NCBI GenBank assembly: GCA_040377305.1
Contig: JBEIPA010000011.1
Coordinates: 1 to 64,000 of the forward strand
From: Flavobacteriales bacterium
GTDB taxonomy: Bacteria > Bacteroidota > Bacteroidia > Palsa-965
Reading direction: 5' to 3'
Length of the DNA: 64,000 bases
Positions 11,271-20,600 of the stretch are shown here, piece by piece (the first letter of the stretch is position 1; the number at the start of each line of letters is the position of its first letter). The translations under genes and the position numbers were made by a program. The notes beneath the pieces are model-generated. The model was not told where the DNA came from, searched no databases, and saw nothing but the letters and a program-made list of their open reading frames with translations.

Positions 11271-11366
11271 TCCGCTTACAAACGTTTAATATCGGCTCGT
11301 GGCTTTTTTGACCACGAAGTTCACGAAGGCACAAAGAAAAATTGAACTTAAACGTTTGTAATCGGA
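11271..11366. repeat. 19-bp inverted repeat (TCCG[C/A]TTACAAACGTTTAA) related to the island att core
   Basis: 11271-11289 versus reverse complement of 11348-11366: 18/19 identical. Confidence 0.8.
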
Positions 11367-11912
11367 TATCTGGAAAGCAGTTCAGTACGTTTGCATTTCA
11401 AATCTAAAATCTAATTATATGCACGGAACGAACAGTACAGATCACGAAATCGAAAGCCACCGGGCGGGTCGACACATTGAGGACATTGGGAAAGATGTTG
11501 TAGATGTCATGTTTAAAGTCCACAAGGAAATGGGACCTGGTCTTAATGAAGCCGTCTATGAGGAATGCCTCAAGATCGAATTTGCTAAACGAAAAATTCC
11601 TGTAAAATTTCGGGAGCCAATAACAATAGAGTATTGCGGTCAGGTTTTGCAACAGACTTATGAAGCGGACATTCTGGTTGAAGGACGAGTAATCGTCGAA
11701 TTGAAAGCTGTGCCCGTATTATTACCCGTTCACAAGGCTCAACTTCTGAATTATCTTAAGCTGACTGACACCGTGTTGGGATACTTAGTGAACTTCACTG
11801 TGCCCCTGATTAAGGACGGAATTCATCGGTTTAAAAACGGCTATTGACCTGATATTCAGGCAGAAATTGGGTATCTCGTTTGTCTTTGTGTCTTCGTGAA
11901 CTTCGTGGTCAA
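11308..11912. mobile_element. GxxExxY gene cassette enclosed by 30-bp terminal inverted repeats
   Basis: 11308-11337 TTGACCACGAAGTTCACGAAGGCACAAAGA versus reverse complement of 11883-11912: 29/30 identical. Mobility is inferred. Confidence 0.55.
11419..11847 (+). CDS. GxxExxY protein (PD-(D/E)XK nuclease-like)
   Basis: GPGLNEAVY, ADILVEGRVIVELKAV, AQLLNYLK, GYLVNF motifs. Confidence 0.92.
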   Translation: MHGTNSTDHEIESHRAGRHIEDIGKDVVDVMFKVHKEMGPGLNEAVYEECLKIEFAKRKIPVKFREPITIEYCGQVLQQTYEADILVEGRVIVELKAVPVLLPVHKAQLLNYLKLTDTVLGYLVNFTVPLIKDGIHRFKNGY

Positions 11913-11937
11913 CATTTTTTTGTTTGGCGGGTACAGA

Positions 11938-11957
11938 TTTATCCGTTTACAAACGTT
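11938..11957 (+). repeat. attL core TTTATCCGTTTACAAACGTT
   Basis: Identical to 38438-38457; 166 bp upstream of the integrase; CGTTACT arm-like motifs nearby (~12003 reverse, ~12077, ~12090). Confidence 0.85.
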
Positions 11958-12123
11958 ATATCCCAAGTGGTATAACCAAAGCGGCTAAGAAAGCGTAGAA
12001 CCTAGTAACGGTAGGGGTTCTAGCGATTCTTTGGGTCAGATGCTGCGAAGTTGTTTTCCGATGTTTTCCGCAAAACCGTTACTCGTTTTCGTTACTCAAG
12101 TCTAACCTTAAAACTCAATAACA

Positions 12124-13281
12124 ATGGGTGTTAAATTAAGGGAAAAGACCCTCAAGAATGGGGGCGTTTCCTTCTATCTGGATATTTCACACAACGGTAA
12201 ACGTTGGTATCAGTTCCTTGACATAAAAGCGCATGGTGCGCGAAGCAGTGCTGAATTCAAAGTGCAACTGAAAATGGCAAAGGATGCGCGAAGCACGAAA
12301 GAGTACCAACTCACTTGCCAAAAGAATGACCTGTCTGACGAAACAAAGCAGGAACGCGACTTTTTCATCTTCGTTATGGAACGCGCCGTCGCACTGAAAG
12401 TAAATCGGGTTTATTATTCAATGATCGGTTTGATAAAACAGTATTGCGGTCAGGAGCAACTACCGATGGATGCCATCACGAAAGAATTCCTGATTGGATT
12501 TCAGGAGTTTCTAAGGCAACGCAAATTAGGTAAGGCTCCCAAACTACGAAGCATGTCAAGCCGTTCGATCTACTGCACAGTTCATCGCTTTTCAACTTTC
12601 ATTAACAAAGCGGCGGAGAGCGGGTATATGCAGGATAACCCCTACCACAAAATTCCAAAGACACAACGGGTGAAGTTAAAAAGGAAAACACCCAACTATC
12701 TTACGATGGAACAACTGGAAATAATGGGGCAGCACACGAAGGGAATTCCGAAGCAACTGCAACTGGCTTTTTACTTTAGCTGCTTTGCCGGATTACGCTG
12801 GAGCGATTGCAGCCGATTGAAATGGTCACAAATCATCAAACAGAAAATGGACGGGAAGGAGGTTACTGTGTTAGGAATGCAACAACAGAAAACCGAACAC
12901 AAAACCTACCTGCCACTATCCGAACAGGCAGTAGAAATTCTGAATGCCTGCAAGGAATTACAGAAAGAAAAAACGCCGCATGTGTTCCCTGATCTGTATG
13001 AGCCGGAGGGCGAGCGAAAAAGGCAATCAGCGGCACAATTTAAAATGGAGCAATGGAAAATACAATCAGGATTTGAGAAGCTACATTTTCATTTATCGCG
13101 TCATACGTTTGCAACACTTACATTATCGGAAGGTGCCGACCTCTATACTGTTTCAAAGCTGCTTGGGCATACCGATATAAAACACACAATGGTGTATGCG
13201 CAAGTAGTGGATAAATTGAAGATGGAAGCTGTTGCACGGTTGCCGAAGATGTCAGGTAATTTCTTAGGAGGTAGAAAGTAA
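12124..13281 (+). CDS. Tyrosine recombinase / site-specific integrase
   Basis: N-terminal arm-binding region (FYLDI); GLRWSD (R), HLSRHTFAT (HxxR), LLGH, TMVY catalytic motifs. Confidence 0.95.
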   Translation: MGVKLREKTLKNGGVSFYLDISHNGKRWYQFLDIKAHGARSSAEFKVQLKMAKDARSTKEYQLTCQKNDLSDETKQERDFFIFVMERAVALKVNRVYYSMIGLIKQYCGQEQLPMDAITKEFLIGFQEFLRQRKLGKAPKLRSMSSRSIYCTVHRFSTFINKAAESGYMQDNPYHKIPKTQRVKLKRKTPNYLTMEQLEIMGQHTKGIPKQLQLAFYFSCFAGLRWSDCSRLKWSQIIKQKMDGKEVTVLGMQQQKTEHKTYLPLSEQAVEILNACKELQKEKTPHVFPDLYEPEGERKRQSAAQFKMEQWKIQSGFEKLHFHLSRHTFATLTLSEGADLYTVSKLLGHTDIKHTMVYAQVVDKLKMEAVARLPKMSGNFLGGRK

Positions 13282-13299
13282 CAGTAGGCAGCGAATTCA

Positions 13300-13337
13300 A
13301 GGAAGAAACGGACACATTTTTGCGTCCGTTTCTTCCT
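13300..13337. terminator. Hairpin between convergent integrase and TonB receptor genes
   Basis: AGGAAGAAACGGAC...GTCCGTTTCTTCCT perfect 14-bp stem. Confidence 0.7.
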
Positions 13338-13362
13338 AAATCTTTCACCAATCTAAAAGGCA

Positions 13363-15762
13363 TCAGAAACGATAACTATATCCTACTCTGAAAACTTGTG
13401 TCTCGTAGTAATCCGTGCTCACGTACCCGAAACCGTTACCTGTAATTTCTTTTTTGATCTTCAACGTATTTGCAACATCCGTTGCGTTTGCAAAAAAATC
13501 TCCTTTACCGCTCTGAACCGTTTTCTTTACCCCCACGTCAATCGAGAAACGCGAATCAATTCTTCCCTGTGGAATAATGTCAGGGGCAAGGTAAATTGCG
13601 ATACACTGGACCTCCCATTTCTTGGGTAGGTGAAACTGTAAATTGAGTTTCGCGTTACCCGAAATGATCTGCTGCCGCTCGGCAGAGAATGTATTCGGTT
13701 CGGGATATAGATTCTGAACCGTGAACGCCTCAATAACATTCTGATAACCGCTTACACTTACATTGCAGGTTGCCCACTTGTTTATGTTTTGCGCTACCAT
13801 GATCTCGCCCCCGGTAATGGAACTTTTTCCGGCATTTTGAAAAACAGCATAAATCAATGTACTGTTGGGGACTATACTTGAAATACGTGTAATGGTTGCT
13901 TCCATCATCTTATGGAATACTGACGCATAGAGGTAACCACCGTTCCAACTGGTTTTATATGCGACCTCAAAGGAATTAGTGAATTGAGGACGCAGTCCGG
14001 GATTTCCAACTTTCACAATCTCGGCGTCATCGTACTTTGGAAAAATGCGAATATCAACCTCGTTCGGCCTGTCAACGCGCCGATTATAGAACAAAGAAAT
14101 ACGGTTATAATCGTTCATCTTATACGTTACACGCACGTTTGGAAATGGCAGTGCGTAATCATAGCCGCTACTGCGATACGTGCTATGTTCAGGATTTACT
14201 TTATAATCGAGATTTACATACTCCAATCGTAACCCAGCTTCAATGTCAACTTTCTTTCCCTCCACAATATAATTTCCGTATAAAGCAGGAATCAGTTCGC
14301 TATAATTCGCCCAACCTCCGGCGCTCGTATCGAGCGGGGAGTTAAGGCCAGGAAAAAACTGCATGTTCGTAGGGATAAAACGTCGACGTACCCGTACTCC
14401 TGTTTCAAAATATCCGTACTTCAACGGACGTGTGTAATCGGCATTGAAGTCAAATACATGCTCATCCGAAAGAAGTTTGAATGAATCGTAACCCACATAC
14501 GTCGGCATGGTGTTCGTAAAGAAGTATTTTTCGTCTTCGCGATGAAGCATATAGTTAAGCCCCATTCCTAATTGTTGACCGGGCTTTTTGAACTTGTACT
14601 GCCATGCCGTAGAGGCGGTTGCTGTGATCTTTACTTCGTCTTCGAGGAATTGCCAAAGGCGAAGGCGTTCCGATAAATCGCCATTATAAAAAGGCTGATC
14701 GCCGTTATCTATAATGTTTTCTCTGCTGAAAAATGCCGAAACCGTAAATGTGCTTCGCTCAGAAGCATAGTAATCTACACCTGTCTTCACGGTAAAAAAT
14801 CCTGTATTCCGGTTACGTTTTGTCTGCTGTACTATCGTATCGCCGTTACCGTAAATGCGGGTTACAAATTCATTTTTGTTCAAGGTCTGCGTGTAGAGGT
14901 AATCCGACTGTAAAAAGAAATTCGTTTTGTTTTTCCGGTAATTCAGAGAAACGGATGGATTGACCTTTGGTGTATTCTGGTACTGCGGACGGATGCCGGG
15001 AAGATTTTCCTTTTTCTCCCACAATGCACCTACTCCTCCCGCTATTCCTACTTTACCGTTGAAACCCTCCTGTTCCTCTTTTTTCAGGATGATGTTAATG
15101 ATGCCGGCATTTCCGTTCGCATCGTATTTTGAAGACGGGTTATTAATGATTTCAATACGTTCGACGGCTGAAGCAGGGATATTTTCCAATGCAGTAACAT
15201 CACCGGTTCCTACGAGTGCCGTTTGTTTTCCGTCGATCAGTATAAGAACCTTGTCATTCCCGCGCAGTAATATTTTTCCATCCTGTGAAATAGTCACGCC
15301 AGGAAGCGTTTTTAGCACATCAATTACACTTCCGCCTCCCTGACTGACATTATCGGCAACCGAAAAAGTTTTCTTATCCAGTGCGCCACCTACGTCATCT
15401 CGCTTTTCCGCAATGACTACTTCATTTTGGGTGGCAATTGCTTCCGCCAAAATGAAGTTACCCAGATCAAGAAAAGGGCTGAGTTCACCGATGGTTACCG
15501 GAGTGTATGTTTTCCTGTACCCGATGAAGGAAATTTCCAGCAAGTAATCACCCGGTTTGAGTCCGGATAACTGGAAAATTCCTGCATCATTGGTAATGCC
15601 TCCGGTGACAAATGAACTATCCAGTTGTTGTTTGAGCACTACATTTACATAAGGTAAAGCCGCCTGTGTTCCACTGTCCCGAACTTCCCCCGACACAGTA
15701 ACACTTTGGGAGAATGCAAAAGAACCAAAGAGAAGAAAAAGAAAAAGAAAATACGTTTTCAT
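13363..15762 (-). CDS. TonB-dependent / outer-membrane beta-barrel receptor
   Basis: Signal peptide, carboxypeptidase-regulatory-like N-domain, plug (IEIINNPSSKYDANG), GNPGLRP, C-terminal YRF. Confidence 0.9.
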   Translation of the reverse strand: MKTYFLFLFLLFGSFAFSQSVTVSGEVRDSGTQAALPYVNVVLKQQLDSSFVTGGITNDAGIFQLSGLKPGDYLLEISFIGYRKTYTPVTIGELSPFLDLGNFILAEAIATQNEVVIAEKRDDVGGALDKKTFSVADNVSQGGGSVIDVLKTLPGVTISQDGKILLRGNDKVLILIDGKQTALVGTGDVTALENIPASAVERIEIINNPSSKYDANGNAGIINIILKKEEQEGFNGKVGIAGGVGALWEKKENLPGIRPQYQNTPKVNPSVSLNYRKNKTNFFLQSDYLYTQTLNKNEFVTRIYGNGDTIVQQTKRNRNTGFFTVKTGVDYYASERSTFTVSAFFSRENIIDNGDQPFYNGDLSERLRLWQFLEDEVKITATASTAWQYKFKKPGQQLGMGLNYMLHREDEKYFFTNTMPTYVGYDSFKLLSDEHVFDFNADYTRPLKYGYFETGVRVRRRFIPTNMQFFPGLNSPLDTSAGGWANYSELIPALYGNYIVEGKKVDIEAGLRLEYVNLDYKVNPEHSTYRSSGYDYALPFPNVRVTYKMNDYNRISLFYNRRVDRPNEVDIRIFPKYDDAEIVKVGNPGLRPQFTNSFEVAYKTSWNGGYLYASVFHKMMEATITRISSIVPNSTLIYAVFQNAGKSSITGGEIMVAQNINKWATCNVSVSGYQNVIEAFTVQNLYPEPNTFSAERQQIISGNAKLNLQFHLPKKWEVQCIAIYLAPDIIPQGRIDSRFSIDVGVKKTVQSGKGDFFANATDVANTLKIKKEITGNGFGYVSTDYYETQVFRVGYSYRF

Positions 15763-15793
15763 AGAATGGAACAGTGCTAGTTAAAATCACCTT

Positions 15794-16243
15794 TTAGTCT
15801 TCTATATCTTCCTTTTCCTTTACTTCCTTTACGAAATTTCCGTTCGCATCGAAAATTAAATCGCTTTCACCGACTTCCGCCTCGTATGTAACGGTGTCGC
15901 TGGCACTTGTAATTTTTGCCGCTTCCGATATTTTTGATTTAGGATAGTTTTTAGAAACGTAATCCTGTGCGATTTGTGGCAGTGCGCTCACTGCTATTTC
16001 AACTTCTGTTTCGATCAGAGTTCCATTAGCGTCATACACAACGGATGTTTCAATCTTGCTGACCTCAAACTCTGCTTCGTAGTTGGAATCTTCTTTTTCC
16101 CAATCTACATCTTTGACATCGGGGTATTGTTTTTCGAACGCTGACTTTACAGCCGCTGGGACTTCGGTGCTTTTTATTTTCTGTGCGTCTGCACAATTTG
16201 AAAAGAAAGTAACCGACATTAACAGGAACAGAATTCGTTTCAT
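15794..16243 (-). CDS. PepSY-like / BLIP-like periplasmic protein
   Basis: Signal peptide; VPAAVKSAF..YP...WEKE..YEAEF repeat, seen twice. Confidence 0.8.
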   Translation of the reverse strand: MKRILFLLMSVTFFSNCADAQKIKSTEVPAAVKSAFEKQYPDVKDVDWEKEDSNYEAEFEVSKIETSVVYDANGTLIETEVEIAVSALPQIAQDYVSKNYPKSKISEAAKITSASDTVTYEAEVGESDLIFDANGNFVKEVKEKEDIED

Positions 16244-16283
16244 AGCATTTGGTTTTAAGATTTACACAAAGCTGCGACCTGAA

Positions 16284-16302
16284 TTAGAAGAAATTCTGAA
16301 TT
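16284..16302 (-). promoter_or_regulatory. Putative response-regulator box (copy 1)
   Basis: TTAGAAGAAATTCTGAATT identical to 18285-18303; both lie just upstream of gene starts. Confidence 0.65.
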
Positions 16303-17589
16303 TTAAAATCGAATTGAAAAAAAGTGCAAGCCCTCTCGAAACTCGTAGTCAACTCGCCATGCGTAACGTTGACTGATTTCCTTTACGATGGCAAGTCCCA
16401 ACCCGCTGCCGCCACCCGTCGTGGTCCGGGATGCCGATGAGAATCTCTTGAAAAGAGCGTCCACCTTCAAAGAATCGGCGCCTGAATTAGAAATTGTGAG
16501 TGTGCTTGCAGAAAGTGAAACGTGTAATTTCCCCCCTTCGATGTTATGCTTAATGGCATTCAGAAGCAGGTTCAATACAACCATTTCGGTCAGATTCGTA
16601 CTTGCGCTAATTAAAACCTCACCTGAGTACTGTTTGGTAACCGTAATGCCTTTTGCCTTGATCTGATCGTAAAGAAACTCCAGCGACTCATCCACCAGGT
16701 CGCTGAGTAAAATCGTTTCCCTTATATCTTCAAGCGGTTGGTTTTCAATTTTTGAAAGAAGCAGCAGGTTTTTGTTTAAGCGAATAGCACGGGAAAGTGA
16801 AGCGTTTAAACCGGCTATCCTTTCGACTTGTTCCTGCGACAAGGTTTCATCTTGTAACAGAACATCTATTTTTGATTTTAAGATTGCGAGGGGTGTCTGT
16901 AACTCGTGTGAAGCATTCTCTGTAAACTCCTTCTGCAGTTTATAAACAGCGATACTTCGCGTAGTGAGTTTATTGATTGCCGCGTTCAATTCTTCAAATT
17001 CAAGAATACCAGTTTTACTAAGATGCATTTCTGTTCCATCTGAAAGGTTAAAGGATTTTAATGATTCAGGTGTTTGATAGAAAGGTTCCCAGATGGTCCT
17101 TGAAAGTCGCCTGTTGAGATAAAAGATACCTACAAGCAAAAGAAGGAAAAAGGTTAATGTAACCAGCGCAATCGCCATAACCGTTTCATCCGATTCTTCG
17201 ATATTCGTTTCGACCGTAAATAAGTAAGGTTGACCATGAATGTACAGCGTATAAGTCAAACCCCGAAAACGTTCCTCCTCGTTATGGTACTTATCGAAGC
17301 GATAATGCGAATAAACACTATCTGTTTTTGCTTGTTTCGTTTTCAACGGGGTAATATATCCTCCCGCACTCAGATAATTATATTGCCTTACGGTTTCCGC
17401 AATGGCGGTTGTATCACTTAGCAAATTTAACTCGCGTTCAATTTTATCTGCCGAGATCCGATGGTGCTCGTCCAGTTCCTCCTGCCAGATATTATTGACA
17501 ATAAAAAAGTAAACAGGAACGCTGATTGCTAAAATCAACAATGAAAACACCGCAAACGGTTTGACGGTTTTATTCAGTAGTTTGGTCAT
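16303..17589 (-). CDS. Sensor histidine kinase
   Basis: Two TM segments; ENASHELQTPL H-box; N box NLLLNAIKH; G box GSGLGLAIV; ATGA overlap with the regulator. Confidence 0.93.
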   Translation of the reverse strand: MTKLLNKTVKPFAVFSLLILAISVPVYFFIVNNIWQEELDEHHRISADKIERELNLLSDTTAIAETVRQYNYLSAGGYITPLKTKQAKTDSVYSHYRFDKYHNEEERFRGLTYTLYIHGQPYLFTVETNIEESDETVMAIALVTLTFFLLLLVGIFYLNRRLSRTIWEPFYQTPESLKSFNLSDGTEMHLSKTGILEFEELNAAINKLTTRSIAVYKLQKEFTENASHELQTPLAILKSKIDVLLQDETLSQEQVERIAGLNASLSRAIRLNKNLLLLSKIENQPLEDIRETILLSDLVDESLEFLYDQIKAKGITVTKQYSGEVLISASTNLTEMVVLNLLLNAIKHNIEGGKLHVSLSASTLTISNSGADSLKVDALFKRFSSASRTTTGGGSGLGLAIVKEISQRYAWRVDYEFREGLHFFSIRF

Positions 17590-18263
17590 GGCATCTCCCA
17601 TTTATAACCCATACCGTATACGGTTTTCAGATACCGGTCGCAACCTGATTCCTGCAATTTCTTTTTCAGGTTTTTTATATGTGCATATACAAAATCATGG
17701 TTTTCCAGCATGTCGGCAATATCACCGGAGAGATGCTCTGCCAATGCGCTTTTTGAAATCACGCGGTTTTTGTTGCCAATAAAAAACAATAACAATTCCA
17801 ACTCCTTCCGAGTGAGCGTGACAGGTTTTCCGTTTACGGTAACCGTTTTAGCCAGCAAGTCAATTTGCAGTTCGTTTGCGTGAAGCACGTTCTGGCTGTC
17901 GAATTGCTTGCGGCGGATTACGGAATAAACCCGTGCGGCAAGTTCTGATAAATGAAAGGGCTTCGCCAGATAATCATCTGCTCCGATCTGAAGACCCTTC
18001 ACCTTGTCCTCAACCGAATTCTTTGCGGAAATAATAATAACACCATCTTGGTTATTTTGGCGTTTCAATTCCTCCAGCAATGCAATGCCACTACCACCAG
18101 GTAGCATAAGATCAAGCAGAATACAATCGTACTTGTACGATGTTATTTTATTCAAAGCCTGTTCAAATGAAGCTGCAATTTCGCAAACGTACTTTTCCTT
18201 AGAAAGATATTCTACAATATCCTCCGCAAGATCGGTTTCGTCCTCAATAATCAGTAGTTTCAT
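17586..18263 (-). CDS. OmpR-family response regulator
   Basis: IIEDE, LLDLMLP, GADDYLAKPF, winged helix TVYGMGY. Confidence 0.95.
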   Translation of the reverse strand: MKLLIIEDETDLAEDIVEYLSKEKYVCEIAASFEQALNKITSYKYDCILLDLMLPGGSGIALLEELKRQNNQDGVIIISAKNSVEDKVKGLQIGADDYLAKPFHLSELAARVYSVIRRKQFDSQNVLHANELQIDLLAKTVTVNGKPVTLTRKELELLLFFIGNKNRVISKSALAEHLSGDIADMLENHDFVYAHIKNLKKKLQESGCDRYLKTVYGMGYKWEMP

Positions 18264-18284
18264 AGGACAAGTTTGCGAAGTGAT

Positions 18285-18303
18285 TTAGAAGAAATTCTGA
18301 ATT
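18285..18303 (-). promoter_or_regulatory. Putative response-regulator box (copy 2, autoregulatory)
   Basis: Identical 19-mer to 16284-16302. Confidence 0.65.
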
Positions 18304-18333
18304 ATTGTCCACTTAATGAAATACACCAAACAG

Positions 18334-18705
18334 CTAACCCTGAAGAGGATCAATTTCCAGAAACAGGGTGAAGTCGAACGGTTTGCCACTATCTGAAAAC
18401 GCGATTAACTCTACGCCAGTATTTTCTCCAATTGGGAATAATGGAACACTAAAATCTTTTCTGAACTGATGGACAATCGACGGAACAGTATTCGTATCCT
18501 CATAGCCAACGGGTCGGAACGGTACGCTGAAAGAGGACATGGTATTGCTGTTAGGTTGTTGTGGGTCTTTGGCTTTCCACCTGATAATAATTTCCAGTTC
18601 TGCAAAATCACCTGTACGCAAAATCAGTTTATCAAACAGGATTGTGTTCGCGCCGATCAACACGCTCGGGCTTTTATCAGTTAGAATCTTATCAAATGTT
18701 GCCAT
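18334..18705 (-). CDS. Hypothetical protein
   Basis: 123-aa ORF, ATG start, co-directional with neighbours. Confidence 0.55.
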   Translation of the reverse strand: MATFDKILTDKSPSVLIGANTILFDKLILRTGDFAELEIIIRWKAKDPQQPNSNTMSSFSVPFRPVGYEDTNTVPSIVHQFRKDFSVPLFPIGENTGVELIAFSDSGKPFDFTLFLEIDPLQG

Positions 18706-18762
18706 GTTGTTTCTATTACTTGATGAAGAGTTGTATGCACATGAACAAAAGTGGGAACTGGT

Positions 18763-19302
18763 TTAATATATCATCGGGACACCGGCAATGAGCGGTGGTA
18801 TTCCGTCTTTGCGATATTTTATTGACTGCGCTAAATTGGACGTATAAGGCTGCGTGCCGCTTTTCTCTTTCATCCATGTTTCGACTCCTGAAATAATTGC
18901 ATTGGTGAAAGCCACAACATCAATGATTTTAGGTCCGACACTGTTTCCGATTCGGGAATTTCGGACATTGATGGAAGCTCGGCTAGGCTCTGCAAAGGCA
19001 ATATGAGAGTAAGTTGGAGTTATGTTCTGTTGCGCTGTACCTTTTCCCTTGCTGAGTTTAGGCGTTGATCTGGCTTGATGCAACATCCGGCAGCGGAAGT
19101 CATAGCACTCACCAGCCGTAAGAAAATCGAAATTCGGTTCGACATATTGTTTGAACCAATCGCGGTAGCTCTGACCGCTTGCTTCGCCGTTCGTCCTCTG
19201 CATCGCTCCACAGATGTCGGGAAGCGTAAGAGCACTATTAAGACAAAGCAAGTAGAGATGATTGTCGAGTCCTTTCCTAATTTGCTCGATTAGAACTTCC
19301 AT
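18763..19302 (-). CDS. Hypothetical protein, HEPN-like (Rx4H)
   Basis: Helical ALTLPDICG...W...YDFRCRMLHQ pattern containing R-x4-H. Confidence 0.55.
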   Translation of the reverse strand: MEVLIEQIRKGLDNHLYLLCLNSALTLPDICGAMQRTNGEASGQSYRDWFKQYVEPNFDFLTAGECYDFRCRMLHQARSTPKLSKGKGTAQQNITPTYSHIAFAEPSRASINVRNSRIGNSVGPKIIDVVAFTNAIISGVETWMKEKSGTQPYTSNLAQSIKYRKDGIPPLIAGVPMIY

Positions 19303-19314
19303 ATTTATTCTAGG

Positions 19315-20505
19315 TTAAAATATGTCAATCAAATTATTTTTTTCGCAGTACAGCAATATCCCTCCCACTACGATGGGAATTGCAAAAGACCACCACCAAT
19401 TTTTGAACGTCTTCCACCACCAATTTTCTTTCGACTTTTCTTGATTGTGGATAGACTTGTTTTTGGTAACAGAACTTATTTCTCCAGTGTTCACCGTGCC
19501 TGAACCATTGACTGTATTGGTAGTGTGTGTTACCGGAGACTGATTTATAGTTACAGATTCCGCGATTATATGGTTCGAGGTAGGCAGTTGCCCAGACTTG
19601 ACAGGCAGAACAAGTTTATGTTCAGTAAGTACTTCGCTCAATGCAACGTCAAATTGTGGTGCTTGTATGTTTTGTAAATGCTGTATCAAATCCGGAGGAA
19701 CTGGACGATTTAGCAAAGCGGAGTAATCCTTATAGAATTGAAGGAGAAATATTTTTACAAAAGCCTTTCTTATCCGGTTGTTATCAGTGACAAAAGCATG
19801 GTTAATGAATAATTTGCAAATTAAAAGGTGAATGACAGATTGAGCCGTCTGTTCTTCAGGCGTTGTTTCTCCGATTTTGCTTGTGAATTCAGCAATGCGT
19901 TTCAGCGTGTCCGCACTGAGTTTCAGCGGCGCGTTAATTAAGGAAACCTGTGCCATTTCCATGATCTCATGATCATTCTTCGGCAATTGTTTCATGTCTA
20001 TGGAGGCAACTATTTTAGCAACGTCAATACCCTCAATCAGACTGTAAAACATCGTATTAATATAGTCCCTCAACGAATCAAAACCACCTCGTTTCAACTG
20101 CGCCAGAAATAATGCATAATGCGGTTCAAACGCTATAGCATATCCCTCTACATCGTTTACCACAAGTTGTAAATCCGGCAGCATATCTTTAGGGTCAGGC
20201 AAAAGTCCGACTTCAAATTTATTTCCGAGGCGTTCTGCCAAACCTTCGCGTTTAATCCTTGTGTTCTCAGCATAATACCATTTCAGATATTCCTTAAAAT
20301 TCGGATAGGTACAGTAAGCCGAATAATTATCGGCATTGAGATCAACCTCAAATTTTTTCTCTAACCAGTTATTAAAACTGGAATTGTGAATACTGAGCAG
20401 TATGTCTCTCTGTACCCTTTCATGCACGTTACTCGGCATTGGGGTTTCAGTCATCAGAATTCCATCACGGAATGCTTCATCAAAAACATCTTGAAAAGGG
20501 TTCAT
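19315..20505 (-). CDS. Hypothetical protein with C-terminal TM anchor
   Basis: Long ORF with C-terminal WWWSFAIPIVVGGILLY; start at 20505 supported by a TAccTTTG box ~20 bp upstream. Confidence 0.7.
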   Translation of the reverse strand: MNPFQDVFDEAFRDGILMTETPMPSNVHERVQRDILLSIHNSSFNNWLEKKFEVDLNADNYSAYCTYPNFKEYLKWYYAENTRIKREGLAERLGNKFEVGLLPDPKDMLPDLQLVVNDVEGYAIAFEPHYALFLAQLKRGGFDSLRDYINTMFYSLIEGIDVAKIVASIDMKQLPKNDHEIMEMAQVSLINAPLKLSADTLKRIAEFTSKIGETTPEEQTAQSVIHLLICKLFINHAFVTDNNRIRKAFVKIFLLQFYKDYSALLNRPVPPDLIQHLQNIQAPQFDVALSEVLTEHKLVLPVKSGQLPTSNHIIAESVTINQSPVTHTTNTVNGSGTVNTGEISSVTKNKSIHNQEKSKENWWWKTFKNWWWSFAIPIVVGGILLYCEKNNLIDIF

Positions 20506-20600
20506 ACGAACTGGGTTTGCTTCTGCAAAGGTACAAGGAGAACAATGCGCCCAAAGGATATTACCGTGAAATGTTAGGACGCAATTCGTCCTAAATGGTT

